Shown here: in pieces, positions 39,814-54,800 of the stretch
Position numbering within the stretch: position 1 is the stretch's first letter
How the letters are laid out: every line of letters starts with the position of its first letter
Assembly: GCF_964355755.1 (NCBI RefSeq)
Contig: NC_092675.1
Location: forward strand, 6,195,812 to 6,259,811
Length of the DNA stretch: 64,000 nucleotides
Origin: Antedon mediterranea
Taxonomy: Eukaryota; Animalia; Echinodermata
Direction of reading: 5' to 3'
Notes under the pieces: generated by a model
Database searches by the model: none
Seen by the model: the letters and a program-made list of their open reading frames with translations, nothing else
What the model was told of the DNA's origin: nothing
Program-made: the position numbers and the translations under genes

Positions 39814-42800
39814 GTACAGATGACGTTTTATAATGTGTGGAATTTTTTTCAGATGGATCTGAATCTTGCATGTATTTATACAGAAGAAAGTGATAATACT
39901 AACAGCATCATATTTCTTGCATTTATACTTGACTATCACAAATACAGACCACTAAGGGAACTGGAAACAACAAGTTGTCCCATGATTAAGGGTTGGCTGA
40001 ACATTAACATTTTCCCTTCATTTCATTATTTATTCGGTCTATTTCGGTATTCAACATAACAAAAAAAAACTGAAATTGGGGAGACCAGGGTCAACCCAAG
40101 TGAACTTAATCACTGTAACTGAGCCGGTTGACCCAAAGCTGTTTGTTTCAAAAAGAAAAGTGTCCCCTAATCAGCTGAAATGTCCAGTAGCAGAAATTTA
40201 AAATTGGGAGGAGGCTGGGGTATTATTATTGTAATGTTCTGTCATTTGTATTTTCTGATGTTTAACGCCTCCATCCAACACCAGAGAGGCGAATCCAAGG
40301 TTTTTATATACAGAGTGCTAAACATGTATTTTTTAAAATCTGTAAAAATAGATATAAAGTATTTCACAATTAATTTTAAGTGCCAAAATGGGAGCAAAAT
40401 CTACCCCACTGGATCTGTACCACCTGAACGATTACTATGAGAAAACTCGCCTACCACAAGTATATCAAGTGTTACAATGTTACCATTTTCTTGTATTTTT
40501 AGGATGACAACCGAAGTGTTGCTACACCTGAACCCCTCTGTCGTATTTGTGAGAAGGGTCCTGTAGAGGATGTACCTGAAAGCCTTGTCTCGTGTGCAGA
40601 TTGTGGCTATAGTGGTGAGTTTTTTTAGTCCCTGCGAATCAAATACATATTTTATTCGCATACCACTAGCGTGCAATATCTTTAGACTTGCCTGACATTT
40701 CCACAATAAAAAATATAGTATAAAACACGTTGCGTCTCTTCCACCTAGTCTAAATTTAAAGACATTCCACACAGCTTAATTTTTAATCACACAGTATCGC
40801 CCACTCTAAGAGTATTAAATCCTGTACTGTTTTATCACCCACACCTTAGTAGCTATCCTTGTCCAAAAATAGTGTCTGGTGGGAGGTTGTGGTGGGTGAT
40901 GATTTAGATGGCTGTTCTTTTAAGATTTCTTTACATGACCCACATCCTTGTTCTATTTCTTTGTGATCCTTAAAAGTAACAGGTGGTATCCATATTGTGT
41001 TGTAATTACTGAACATACTGACTTTACAGATTTTTTAATGAGACCCCATCCTCCTACAAATCCAAGTTCAGCAATTATACAGAGTTAATTATTTATTGAT
41101 TTATTACATGATGGCCAACTGGCTTAATTATGACTAAAAGAAACTTGAAGCAGTGAGTTTTCTGCTACTAGGTTCTGCAACTTGTTGCTCTGAGCTACGA
41201 TATAGTATTAATATTACTAACACGATTTGACAGATACATTCAACTACAATTGCCTAAATGCACACTCAGGCAATGTATCAGTAAATGTTTGATGTAAAAA
41301 ATGATCATTCTATGGGTTATAGAAGACAAAAGAAACTAAATGAAAAAGTGTACACGAGAACTCGCAGTTATACCTGTCATTTCAATCCATCGGGTATACA
41401 TGTTTTGAGATGAGTAGGGGACTGGTGTATACACAAACAGTCACTGTAATAGACAGATAAAAGAGGAGAGCACTCTATTTGGTATTACTGACATGACGTG
41501 ACCCTTACAGTAAGGCGCCGCAGAAGCATACAGTGTAGTTGAAAAGTGTGTAACATCCAAGTCCACAGCGCCATGAGCAATGTTAATCGTCGGAATGATG
41601 CTACAAAATGGACATTATCATTATCAAAGTATCTTCGATTTAAAGCTTTTATGAAAAAATCAATTGAAGGTACAGTAGAACCTCTTTGTGTGAGACAAGC
41701 CACACACGTGCATTTTCCATATTCTATTCAGGTTTTTATATTGCGCCCTAACAATACTTAGTAATTAATTAAAAAGAAAAGTTTTAAGTTGATGTTTAAA
41801 TAGAGGTGCCGAATTCGCTCCTCTCAAAGCGAAATGACTGTTTTTATTGATAGAAAATACAAGTCAATTGATTTTTTGACTACATAACACTTTATCGCAC
41901 AGCCTGCATATCCTTTTCTAGCTAGGCCTCACATCTATCTACTGTAGGTCTGGCCTAGGCCTAGATTAGTCTAGGCTAAGCTAGTGACCACTGCGTGAGT
42001 AAAGTAGGTAAACACGACAGCCTTTTTAGCTACGATCTTCGTATTTGGGGGACAATTTAAGGTCCATCTGTATTTATGAATACTATGTTTTACATGCGCC
42101 TTTTGGTCCCGTAACGTACCTAAAATGAAGGTTCAGCTAAATACATGTAAAAGATGGACCCCAATTGTCAAAAGACAAATTGGGTAAACTTAATCTCTTA
42201 CATTTGAAAAAGAAATTATTAAGGATCCTGGAATATCCATGGATCTTATTACTGTAATCTTGTACTGCTTATTGTAAACTGTAGGAAAATCCGCAAATTA
42301 CCAACTAAGCTAATAATACTCTAGTCATTAATTTATGAAAAGGAAGTAATGGATTTATTAACATGATCAAATAATATCCAATATTGTCAAAAATAAATTA
42401 ATATGTCTGTAATACTAGTTGGATTATTGCTGTAATGAAAAACCAACAATAGTATCAGCAAAATTACTTGGTACAGTTAATTGAAATTAATATTCAAAAT
42501 ATTAAAACAAACATCCAATAATGACATACGTACAGAAATTGCTTTATGAAAGAAAGATTACAAAATATTGAAAAAACAAAATTATCTCTGTTGCTAACAG
42601 TAGATATTGTAAATTGGTTTTGTACTGAAAGTGCTTTGTTAAAAAAAGATTAATGTACTTTACAGAAGATGTACAGGTAGCTAAAATACCATAAAGCTCT
42701 GTCTACATATGAAACTAGTTTGACAAAAAAGTGCGATGTGCCCATATATGTTGGTGATTTGACCAAATATGGTAGTGGTATGACATCATCATGTCAATAT

Positions 42801-45800
42801 ATGGGCACATCACATTAGATTTTGTCAAACTAATTTGATAGTGTAGACAGAGCTTTAAACCTACAAAATGTGTCCCATGGGCTTCTTTCTCTTAGGGCTG
42901 CTTCTTTTTGAGATGGCTTTTTTTTTTTAGATTACTTTTACAAACTACTACTATACAACAAAGAATGAAATTTATTAAAATTTAAATATTATTATTATTA
43001 ATTTGTATCTTAATTTCATTTTATGATTTTTGATTGCAATTGCATTATGAAAATTAAAAATAAATAAATTTATCCTGCATTAATATTTGTTACGACTACA
43101 AGACCAAAGTACATGAATTACTTTCTGCCAGGAAATAATAGATTACCCAATCCCAATCTGTATTTAAAAAATGGAAGAAGCAGCCAATTGTTGTCCATAG
43201 ATTTGGGATGATGTAATTGTGTAGACTAGCCACTGTATAATTAACTAGCAGTAGACATATACAATGCTTGGTTACTGTATCAACATAATAATATAATGGA
43301 ATCAAAATCATAATTTAATATTTCATGTATTAAATTATTCATTCCCGATATCGTTTTCAAAAAGGCAGTCTAAGTAGAAGTATATTTTAAATTATTTTTA
43401 CACCTTTTGAGCTGTGTTTGATTTTTACCTCTATGTATCCGTTTTTGCGAAAACCGAACAATAAAATAATTAGAAAATGCTTTGTTTTTCACTGTATCTG
43501 AATGGTTCCTGCACAAAGGACCCGTGTGACAGTGTCCTGTAAATTGAGTTGAAGTCCAGCTAAATTTAGATTTAAAATTATAGAAGTTTGTAAATGTACC
43601 CTTTTTATATTACTGTTTGTTATTTAGTAATTAAAAATCAATTTCTCTGGGGGAAAAAATTGTAGGTTTCTTAATGTTATTGTACTGTGAGTTGTCCCTG
43701 GTACTGATTTACTGTACTGTAAGAATTGTGTTATCAAGATTACTCACAAAATATGGGAAGAGGTCATTGAACTTTATTGACCTTCAATAATTAGTTCAAT
43801 TAGCCATTGAAAGGTCATTAACTTAAAAGTAGTTTCAGATACATTATGTTATGAATCACTGGTCAGTATAATGTTGCCAAATAACATTGAATGTACATTT
43901 CTGCTGCAATGGTACTGTAGTTCACTGACCTACTGTATATTAACATTTTATTTACAGCTAGTCTGAATATGAGGCATGGCATCACAAATTCGGTGTACTG
44001 TCGGAAATAATAATTCGATTTTATATATTCATAATCTATATTAATAAGCTTTAAAATGAGGCGTTGTTTATCAAGGAGTCACTTTCTAGCTCAGGAAATC
44101 TTCATTTTGAGAAAATCAACAATGATGTGTAGCGATGCCAGGCCTCATAGCAAAATAATCGGCCATTAAAACTAGGTAATCTTATAAAGTTTTAAGCTAG
44201 GTAAAATTAAACATAGTGCGTCAATGCTAATGTAAGATTTGTAAAAAAACTATAATGTACAGTACCCAAAATATTGTACTGTAAACAATGTTGGACATCA
44301 CATAATTCCTATTCTCACTTCTTGTTATTTTTCATTGGTGACCGAATAAATACTATTATTTATTATTATTAACAACACGTTCATATTTAGGAGGCAGGCA
44401 GGATATTTAGAAAGCATTTATGTAATCATTCTTGTAATTCTTGAAAAAAATTGTCTAATAATAATTGTGGAATGAAGTATCTAGTGATAAAAGTAGTGCT
44501 TTATATAGTGGAAATACAGCAATAAAAATTTACTACCTTTTGACAAACATAGTGTTGATTAAATGTGAAGGTAGTCTTTAATATTAAACTGGAGGTCATA
44601 ACACATACTGAAGAATATAAACATGAATTTAATTTTACCCAATATATAATGCTACAGTTGGCAGACTGAGGAATTAGGGAAATTGTAGTATAGTAATAAA
44701 ATTGATTTCATGCAGTTTAATAAGAATGGGTTTGGATAGGATTGTGAGGCCAAGTAAAACAATTTTTGTTTTCGTTTAATTAAAAAAGAAATTATGGAGA
44801 ATGTGGGTGCTTAAAAAAAACAAAAAAACTCAGATCTCAGATATATCTGAGTTTTCTAGATCTAGAAAACTCAGATACTCAAATACTCATAATTAATATA
44901 TTTGCCAACTGGTTGGAAATGAATGAGAAGAAAACAACCCAAACGATGACATTTAAAAATAAATTAGTCTAGTACAATAACTGCTGCTTTCCATCGATAT
45001 GAATGTAAAGAAATACTACTAGAATTAAGAATAATCTATTTATATACACAGGCTCTTATGATTAAAAAAAAAACCTTATTCCAATAGAAATTACTGATAA
45101 AATTGCTTTTAGACTCTACTGTACTGTAGTGAAGCAATATTGCAAGAAATATGTATAAAAGTAAAGCCGATTTTCCACTAGGCGAATTTGTTCGCGCGAA
45201 TCAAACGTTTCGAAGAGAAAAAAATCGCTCTCTTTCCACTACATGGGCGAATAGCTGCGACGTTCATGTTCCTCGCGTGGTTGCTGAGCATTTCGATTCG
45301 CATGACTGCTCATGAAAGCGTCATAGCTCATTTCCTGAATTGTGTTTGGTTGCGCAATATTTCGCTTCGCAAAAAGTAGAAACAATTCGAACTAGTAAAA
45401 AATCAAGGAACTAGAATTTGTCGCAGAAGGGAGTATGACAGACAGAAACTCGAATACGCATGCACAGAGCATGACGCTTTCGATTCGCGCGAACAAATTC
45501 GCCTAGTGGAAAATCAGATTTAGACGGTATAAATTAGATAAAGACGACCAAACCAAGAAAAAATTCTAAAACATTAAAATTAAATGAGTAATAAAAGAAT
45601 GAAAAATAGAAAAGACAACCGGGCTGATGTACAGTATAGTAGACTGATGTAGAAATATTGCAAGCTGATAAAAGAAGGTAATATATGATGAGGATTAAAG
45701 TGATACTGTACTGTAGACCAGAGTACTAAAAAATTATAATTGAAAAACAAATACCTTTATCAACACAAATGATAAAAAATTTCCTCAGGCAGGGTAATTA

Positions 45801-48800
45801 TATTATGTAGAAAACTGACGCCATATTATTTTGTTGAAAGGATAATTTATTATTAAGGCGTTTTTAGTACCACCAGCTTAATAAATATCCATATAACAGA
45901 GTAACAGTATCTCTTATTGGTGGATCCATAGATGCCCGGTCTACCCTAAATTTTGTAAATTTACAATGTAAAAGATAGGACATTGGATTCAGTTCAGAAT
46001 TCATTTCAAAATACTAGATTTGCCAATGACCCTACTGTGTGTAAACCACATCTCTATAGATCCAAATAAATTATTTTTGTCCATCAAACTTTGAACATAA
46101 GGTTTAACTCAAATAGCTTGATTTCGTTGTGACGTTTGCTCCTAAATCCTTCCCACCATGCATTACACACACTATTTGCAATAAAATTTATGTTACATTG
46201 TTTAAATTTTTGTTTTCTTGTAGGACATCCTTCATGTCTCAAGTTCAACAAGGAGGTTAGCAAGAAGGTGCATCTTGTTAGGTGGCAGTGTAGAAAATGT
46301 AAATTATGTGCAATTTGTAAACAACAAAGAAATTTAGTAAGTAAAACCAACACAGTGTTTTGATACTGCTAACCTTTGATAACATATTGAATAATGTTTT
46401 TATTATAAAATTATGAGCACAATGATCAGATGATAGATTACCACCACTGGGACTGGAATGGAGAAACTGTTGGTTTTTATCATGCCGATTCAATCTTTTT
46501 TTTAAACTTGGGACATAATTTATTTTAAATACTCTGTATTTGAGTGGAGCACCTGATAGAGTTATGAACACTGGGCTGATGACCTTGAGTTGATAGAATT
46601 GATTGGTATTGGGTAAAAATCCAGCCTAAATGGTCAGTTAACATAAATACTGCAGTAATACATTTTACTTAAGCGTGGTTCCCACTAGCGACGCAACACA
46701 AGGACGTAACGCAACGCAAGTGAATTGACCAGTCACAAGCGATGGCTTATTCACTTGTGATTGCTAACTGTCTATAACTTCGCTTGTCATTGGTTAAAAC
46801 GCTTGCGTTGCGTTTACGTCCTTGCGTTACGTTCTAGTGGGAACCAAGCATTATTTTATCAGGAGTGCTTTGGAATATTAAGGCTCTGTCTACGCTATCA
46901 AACTAGTTTGACAAAAAAAATGTGATATGCCCAAATATGGTATTAATATGACATCATCGTGTCCATATTTGAGTTAAAGTAATTGAGATTCATTATTTCA
47001 ATCATTGGTTCAAATCTGTGAAAACCCTGGTATTTGTGTTGTACTGAAGAGGGTTATTCAGTATAAAGAAGAAATCAAAACATTATCAAGTAAACAGATG
47101 AAGATTAACATTGGATGACTAATCACAGATTGCCTCATCAGATCATAAAATAACTTGTAATTAAAATGTGACTAATTAGCATTTAAAGTAGTTTGACAAA
47201 AAAAAATGTGATGTGCCCAAATATGGTAGTGATATGACATCATCGTGTCCATATATGGGCACATAACGTTTGATAGTGTAAACAGAGCTTTATGCTTTGA
47301 TAAATATTCGGTTTCATTTTTAACTATTAAGCGGTTTCACTCAAATTGATGCGTGCATAAAAAAGTTAAATATGTCGGTATATTCTTCAGAAAGAGTCAT
47401 TACTAATTCATTTTTAAAAGGATGTATTAAAAAAAAATTAATGTAGGTATTTAATGAGAAAATAATGTTGACAATCTCCATAAATGAATAACAATTTTTT
47501 GGTATGAACTTCTTCAAATTTCTCGTTTGCTAAATGTTGAATGTTTCATCTGGTTGTGTCAGTCTACTTTAAAATACTGTATTTTTAAATTTTATTTTCT
47601 GTATTTTTCAAATTTAATGGATTGGGAAATGTTTCATAGAAATCTACCAAAACATGTTCTATCATTTTATCGTAAAAGAAAAGAAAGAGATACAGTAGTT
47701 TTGACACAATAATTTGCCATGATTCAAAGAAATGAGTCATAATTCTTATACTCATAGATTTTAATTAGGTTTATTAATTATTTGGTAGTATGAAATGCAC
47801 AAGTAAATTGCCACAATTGGTTTGAGATTGGCTGCAAACCAACATTTTAACTCCTGGTAGTTTTCTAATGACCTGTTTCTGATATATAATGCCGAAAACT
47901 GTTTATTGAAATACTTACACAGTATATTAATTATAATAAAAATTACCAACCGACCATATTTTTTATATTACTTTGTTTATGCTCCCGAAAAATGTTTAAT
48001 CGATGGGTAGGTTAATATAATATCAACAACAAAAATGTCAACATTATCAAAATACTATGTAGTTTGACTTAAAGGTCAATGGCGGTCAATCGGATAACAG
48101 CTAAATATAATAAACAGTTGATAATTAACTAGTTAAAAATGATAATATACCATCAACCAATTGATTGGATGAATTTTTTAAACCATTTAATCGGTTTTTT
48201 AATTGTTACTGTACAAACTAAATAAATACCATACATTTGACCCAAGTAGTAAATCTCATAAAGTTTATTGGTGGAAAATGATGGAATATGGTTATTGTTT
48301 ACCATTGATATTTTATAATTTATTTTATTTATTTATTATAATAGAATATTATCAAATTTGAAAAGTAAATTGTAAATAAAAAAATTATGTACAATTTATG
48401 ACTTAACTCTTCCTATTTGACAAAAAAAAACCACCTTTATTAAACTATTCAATTAATAGATTTACTGATTAGCCCCAGGTGATGTGATAGTACATAGTTC
48501 TACTATTATTCTACTATTTTTGCATTTGAATAATTAATATTTTCACTTGATGTTTCCATGCATATTATAATCTCATGGGATGGGATACAAAGGTCATGAA
48601 CTTAATCAGTGTGATGAATACTAAAATAGATACACTTGGTGGTGACATCAAGTAGCAAAAAGTATGCTTATGAAATGCAAGAATGCTTTTGAGCCACGTC
48701 TGTGATTTAATACCAAACGAGAGTAATAAAGCATCCCGATAATCAATTATTATAAGCTTTAACCATTCCCAATGTGATGTAATTAAGTAATTTATCTATT

Positions 48801-51800
48801 AACTGTTTGTTTTAGCGATTAAGCACCATATACATCTTACAAAAGTTGTTAAAATGTTTAAGGAATATTGCACATGTGAAAATCTATTCTTAGTTATTAC
48901 CATGGGTCCTGTATGAGCTAATGTAGCTTCTTTGTAGTCATACTTGGGATACCTGGGATTAAAGAGAATTGTAAGCTAAAAATTCCCAAAGCTACTGTAT
49001 GTCACTGCCTGACCTTTTATAAGCATGTTTCTAAAGCAGTTTCTAATGCTTTTGTACTGTTTTTTTTTTCTGTTTCCATAGGAACTTATATCATGTAGCT
49101 CCTGCGACAGAGGCTATCATACAAACTGTGTTAAACTTAAGAAAACTCCAAAAGGTAATTTTTTAATATAATTTTTAGTGTGATGTTATTTAACCTACTA
49201 ACACAATTAGACGTCTACACTTGGTTCAATCCACTGCCATGCAATGAATGATGCATCCTTCTTAGACTGGAGGTCTTGAATAAATAGAATAGTCAAGACC
49301 GCATCGCGTATAATTGGATCTACACAACTGCCTTTGGAGAACATATTTTCGGATCGTCCTCTGAAAAAGGCAGTGGCTATCAAAGATGATCATTTTCATC
49401 CGGCCTCTAGTATGTTCCAGTTGATGCGCAGCGGTCGGCGATTTCGTTCTATTAAGGCCAATAAGGCACGATTTACAAATAGTTTCTTTCCAGGATCTAT
49501 TAGAGCCTTAAATATGATGTAGACTTTTTTTTGTAATGTTCTTGTTTTTTGAGTTCGTGTTGTGTCCGTTGGATATTGTGCTCCGCCAACAGAGCAAACA
49601 GAATTTCTATGTTTTTCCTAAAACAAATGATAATAAATGATACTTGACTTGACTTGACTTGACTTGTGTGCACTTTAAAGAACCCAGTGCACCTCTTGGA
49701 AAAGTAGGAGATCAGGAGGTCCATTTCAGCTCCTATCGGGGAAAGATGAATGAGCAGAATTTAGTGGCAGTTGTATGAGGGCCACCTAAGTTGATAAAAA
49801 GAAAGTTGCTGTAGGTGTCGTCCGCACAAGTGCAAGACACTGGTTATTTCCCCAACCTAACATTTAACACAATGGCTGTGAATAGCAGTGCATTGTTAGT
49901 AACCACCTTTGCATGCATACAAAACAATAAGTGATTCATGCCATGTCATTTTAGACTGTTTTAATTGTACTTGTATTGAAAACTATGAACGAAAATAAGC
50001 TGTACAAACATCTTCACAGCCGTGACCATTCCAAATGTTTTGTAATCGTAAAATCTGTATTTGTACAGGTTGAAACACACCATTTGTTACAATTATCTTA
50101 TATTTATAGCTTGTCATAAGCCAATAATTCTAACGTTACAAGAGGTTATATATTATAGTTACTAACTACATGTATCGCAATATTATTTATGATTGATCTG
50201 ATTTCATGTGATATTCTTATTATGTTGATTTCTAAGGTTATATTTTATGTTAAACAAGATATTATTTCTATGAATTCTAAAAAATTGTGTGTCATCATAA
50301 ATGCGTCATATACTAAAGTGACTATCACATTATAAATGCTACTACTAGCCTTATGTTGTAGTGTATCTGAGATAGCTGATGATCACTCCCTAGGGATTTA
50401 CTGGCTTTAAATACCTTGCAAGGTATTACGCTGTACAATTCAGGAATGTGTTGTGTATGAATTATGATTATTATTGAAATAATAACATTGCAATGGTTAC
50501 AAAGAAGATACTTCAAATTATTAAATATCGAATATAATACTGTACAGTCGAAAAAGTTTTTTTAATAATAATATCTTTCAGTTTTAAATATTTGAACATA
50601 GTATATGAAAACTAACTTAAATTCCATACAAAGTGGCAACAAATAAATAAAGTTGAAATATAAATTGTTAATACACATGCCAGTCATAAAGAGGTTTAAA
50701 CAAAATAAAATTGTCTGATCCATGATACTAACCATGTCAATATTATTGTACTGCAGTTATTGCAGTAACTACATTAAATTTTTAACCTGTTTGTGCAATT
50801 ATTTAGAAAGCTTTTTACAGTGAGTCTTATAATATAATGTTAATATTAGCATTTCTAAAGGTACTGTATAGCGCGTTCCACAAACAATATCATCTCAATG
50901 TGTTAAGGGGGTGGGGGGGGTGGGGGTGGGGGGAGAAAACTTATAAATTGAAACAAAAAATAATATGTAATTGCAGTAAAAAATGTACAAAATTTTATTT
51001 CTTACGACATTTTGTGCCCTGGATACTGTAAATTCAAAAATCTTAAACTAATGAATGCACCTTTTACATAAATGTTTTTTTTTACTATAGGACATTGGAA
51101 ATGTAGTCAATGTAAAGTTGGTAAATGGAATAAAGCATTCGCCAAAGCATCAACTACTTTATTAAAACATCGGAAAATTAAACTAAAAGAAGCTCATAGG
51201 ATTAAAAAACATGCTCGGAAAATCGCTCTGAAAAAACAACATGTAATAAGGTATGTGTCTACTCAAGCATATTAATTTAAATCTTAAATAATAAAAAAAA
51301 AACATTTTTTTATTCCTTATTAACTCTGATTAATAATGAATAATCGTTTATATGAGTATTTCATTGTTATAGGCTTTTAAAAGGTAATCTCTTGATTTCG
51401 TACTGATTTAATTTGTGATAAAATATTGTTGTTACCTTTGGCATATATTATGTTGACTTGACAGGCTCTTGGAAATAAATTAATTTTTAATTGTTCTATG
51501 AATTTCAATCATCAACATCTTCACTTTCTCATTGTGCTTTGTTTCCATAGAAACTGTCCATATCCAGATTGTGATGGTTCGGGGCATATTAATGGTAAAT
51601 TCAAAAGACATTCAAGGTAAATTATTTGATTAATAAATAATTGATTATTTTTAAAAAATGTTTTTATTATAAGAAATACAAATTTTAATTTGAATTTCCA
51701 TGGCATTCCAAATTAGTAATCAGATTTTTCTAATGGTTTTGAAATGTTTATTATAACATGATGTATTTTACAATATAAAATATTTCTCTTGCAGGTTATT

Positions 51801-54800
51801 TAATTGCCCTCGGTGTCCCCCAGAAGATAGACCACTTAGAAAACATAAACGTTCAAAGACTGTATCAAATGGAACACCAAGTGTCCCAAGTTCAAAGTCA
51901 TTGCATAACTCGGAATCAGACGGTGATGTATTCACCGATGAAAGACTATTTGATTCATCAGCACAACCCAAAGGACTTATTGATGGATTGTCTCAATTTT
52001 TCACGCCGTCGAACCAAAGAAAATCGCGTAGCTCCTCTCTGTCCATGCTTGGATTCATCCCGATTAGAAATAAACCAAAAAAGACTGTGTTTCACAGACA
52101 GACCAGTGAGGAACTGCCTTCATCAACCACTAAAATTAAACCTAAAATTCCCATCCGCCTTCAGCCGTCCAACGGCAATGATGAAACTCGATCACATTCC
52201 AATTCCTCCTCTCCACACTCTGAAATTCGTAACCTTGGATCGTCCCAGTTGAAAGGGCTATTTGATGGATTATCACATTTATATGCAACGTCCGAACCCC
52301 GGAAGCGTGGTTTGTATGGTTTACCGCCAGTTTATGCGCCGCATAAGAGATTCAAGAAGGATGGTAATTTTCTCTTGTTTCAGCAGGAGGAGATACCACA
52401 TACGACAACCGTCTCCGACGATGTTTCTCTTAGCGACAAAAAAGAAAGTAATGATGACAAGAAAAAGAGTTTAATGCAGATGCCGTTGACTGCATTTGGT
52501 ATCGGGTTGAAGAAGAAGAAAGGAAGTCAATCCATTGTATCTGAACCAACACCAGATAGTGATGCTAATGAAGGGGAAGAAGACCAGTCTTCAGAACAAG
52601 AAGAGGGTATTTATTTACATTTTATTATTGCTTTTTAATTTAATTTTCTATCAATGGTATTGATATAGTGTTCAGCGTAGCAAAAAGCTATACAAAACAA
52701 CCTTATTGCTACACATTTTGAAAATTGTGTAGCAAAAAATACAATACAAAACTATGTTTCTCGACTTAAAAATCAGTTTTATTAGCAATATTGCTAAACA
52801 AAATTTTTAAATGAAAATTTTCCCTGGTGTTTGTATTTGTCAGGCAGGGATATGAAAGTAACAATCCTCATTCTCTTCTCCATCTTCAACCAGTCATGAA
52901 ATGTAGGCTAGCTAGAGTCTTCCACTCCGGTTTCGGTGAAAAGAATTGTGGTTTACTTTTAGGGTTTTAGGACTCTTAGTATTTAATGGAATATGGGCTA
53001 GCCACTGTAAGGATTTAATTAATTGATATGTGAGCTACCTAAGTGTTTAGAACTTAGTAAAACAGAATGCAAGCTAATTAGGGTCTACACTCTTTAATAA
53101 ATAAACTGAGCTAGCTACAAAGTTGTATACAATATGCAGTAAATGGAAAGTGGTCTAACTTGAGTCAAGCTGTGTATTTTGGCAGCTTTCCTTGTTTTTC
53201 TGCTGTCTTGTGTGAATTTTAAAGTATAGGAAGATGGACATCCGTTGACTAGACTGTTTAGAATTAGTGTTAAAGTGGAGTTAGCATGTAGTGTAGGAGG
53301 CAGTGTACTGTCTGTGAGTACCAAATAACCTCCAGAGATAACCTCGATTAATATCAAGCTTTTCCTTTTTTTTCGGGAAAAAACCAAAACGTAACATGAA
53401 TAAAATTATTGTGTATACTCTCACACTTTATTATAAGATAAATCTACATATCATATTTGTAACAACACTAATGAAATTAAACTTTAAAAAAAAAAATTGA
53501 AAAGAGATAAAAAGATACTGTAATGAATGACACTGGATGTGATATGATTTGCACAAGGATTTTAAAAGGTATTCAAAGACGTTTGTAGGTACTGTACTGT
53601 AAATGACTGAGTGAAAAATATAGTATGTACAATAGATTAAATTATAATTAATTCAATTGTATTTGGCTTTGAAATTTATTTTAAATATTTTGGGAAAGAA
53701 AATGGTCTAGCACATACTGTACACACAAAAAAACAAGAATAGCTTAAACAATAAACGTAATTTTTAACTGTGTACTATACTGTACTAATATTGTTAACAT
53801 TTAAATTTAACTGTATACTATACTAATAATGATAACATTTAAATTTAACTGTATACTATACTAATAATGATAACATTTAAATTTAACTGTATACTATATA
53901 CTAATAATGATAACATTTACATTTAACTGTATACTATACTATTAATGATAACATTTAAAATAACTGTATACAAAACTAATAATGATAACATTTAAATTTA
54001 ACTGTATACTATACTAATAATGATAACATTTAAATTTAACTGTATACTATACTAATAATGATAACATTTAAATTTAACTGTATACTATACTAATAATGAT
54101 AACATTTAAATTTAACTGTATACAAAACTAATAATGATAACATTTAAATTTAACTGTATACTATACTAATAATGATAACATTTAAATTTAACTGTATACT
54201 ATACTAATAATGATAACATTTAAATTTAACTGTATACTATATACTAATAATGATAACATTTAAATTTAACTGTATACTATACTAATAATGATAACATTTA
54301 AATTTAACTGTATACTATACTATTAATGATAACATTTAAATTTAACTGTATACTATACTAATAATGATAACATTTAAATTTAACTGTATACTATATACTA
54401 ATAATGATAACATTTAAATTTAACTGTATACTATACTATTAATGATAACATTTAAATTTAACTGTATACTATACTAATAATGATAACATTTAAATTTAAC
54501 TGTATACTATATACTAATAATGATAACATTTAAATTTAATGTATACTATACTAATAATAACATTTAAATTTAACTGTATACTATATACTAATAATGATAA
54601 CATTTAAATTTAACTGTATACTATATACTAATAATGATAACATTTAAATTTAACTGTATACTATATACTAATAATGATAACATTTAAATTTAACTGTATA
54701 CTATATACTAATAATGATAACATTTAAATTTAACTGTATACTATATACTAATAATGTTAACATTTAAATTTAACTGTATACTATACTAATAATGATAACA

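Noticed and set aside
39814-40059. C-terminal 81 aa of the 267-aa ORF
   Set aside because: Read-through into the intron past the AAG|gtacag donor; homology resumes at 40503
51869-52474. Overlapping alternative-frame ORFs in the KAT6 exon
   Set aside because: No recognisable motifs; expected by chance in a long coding exon
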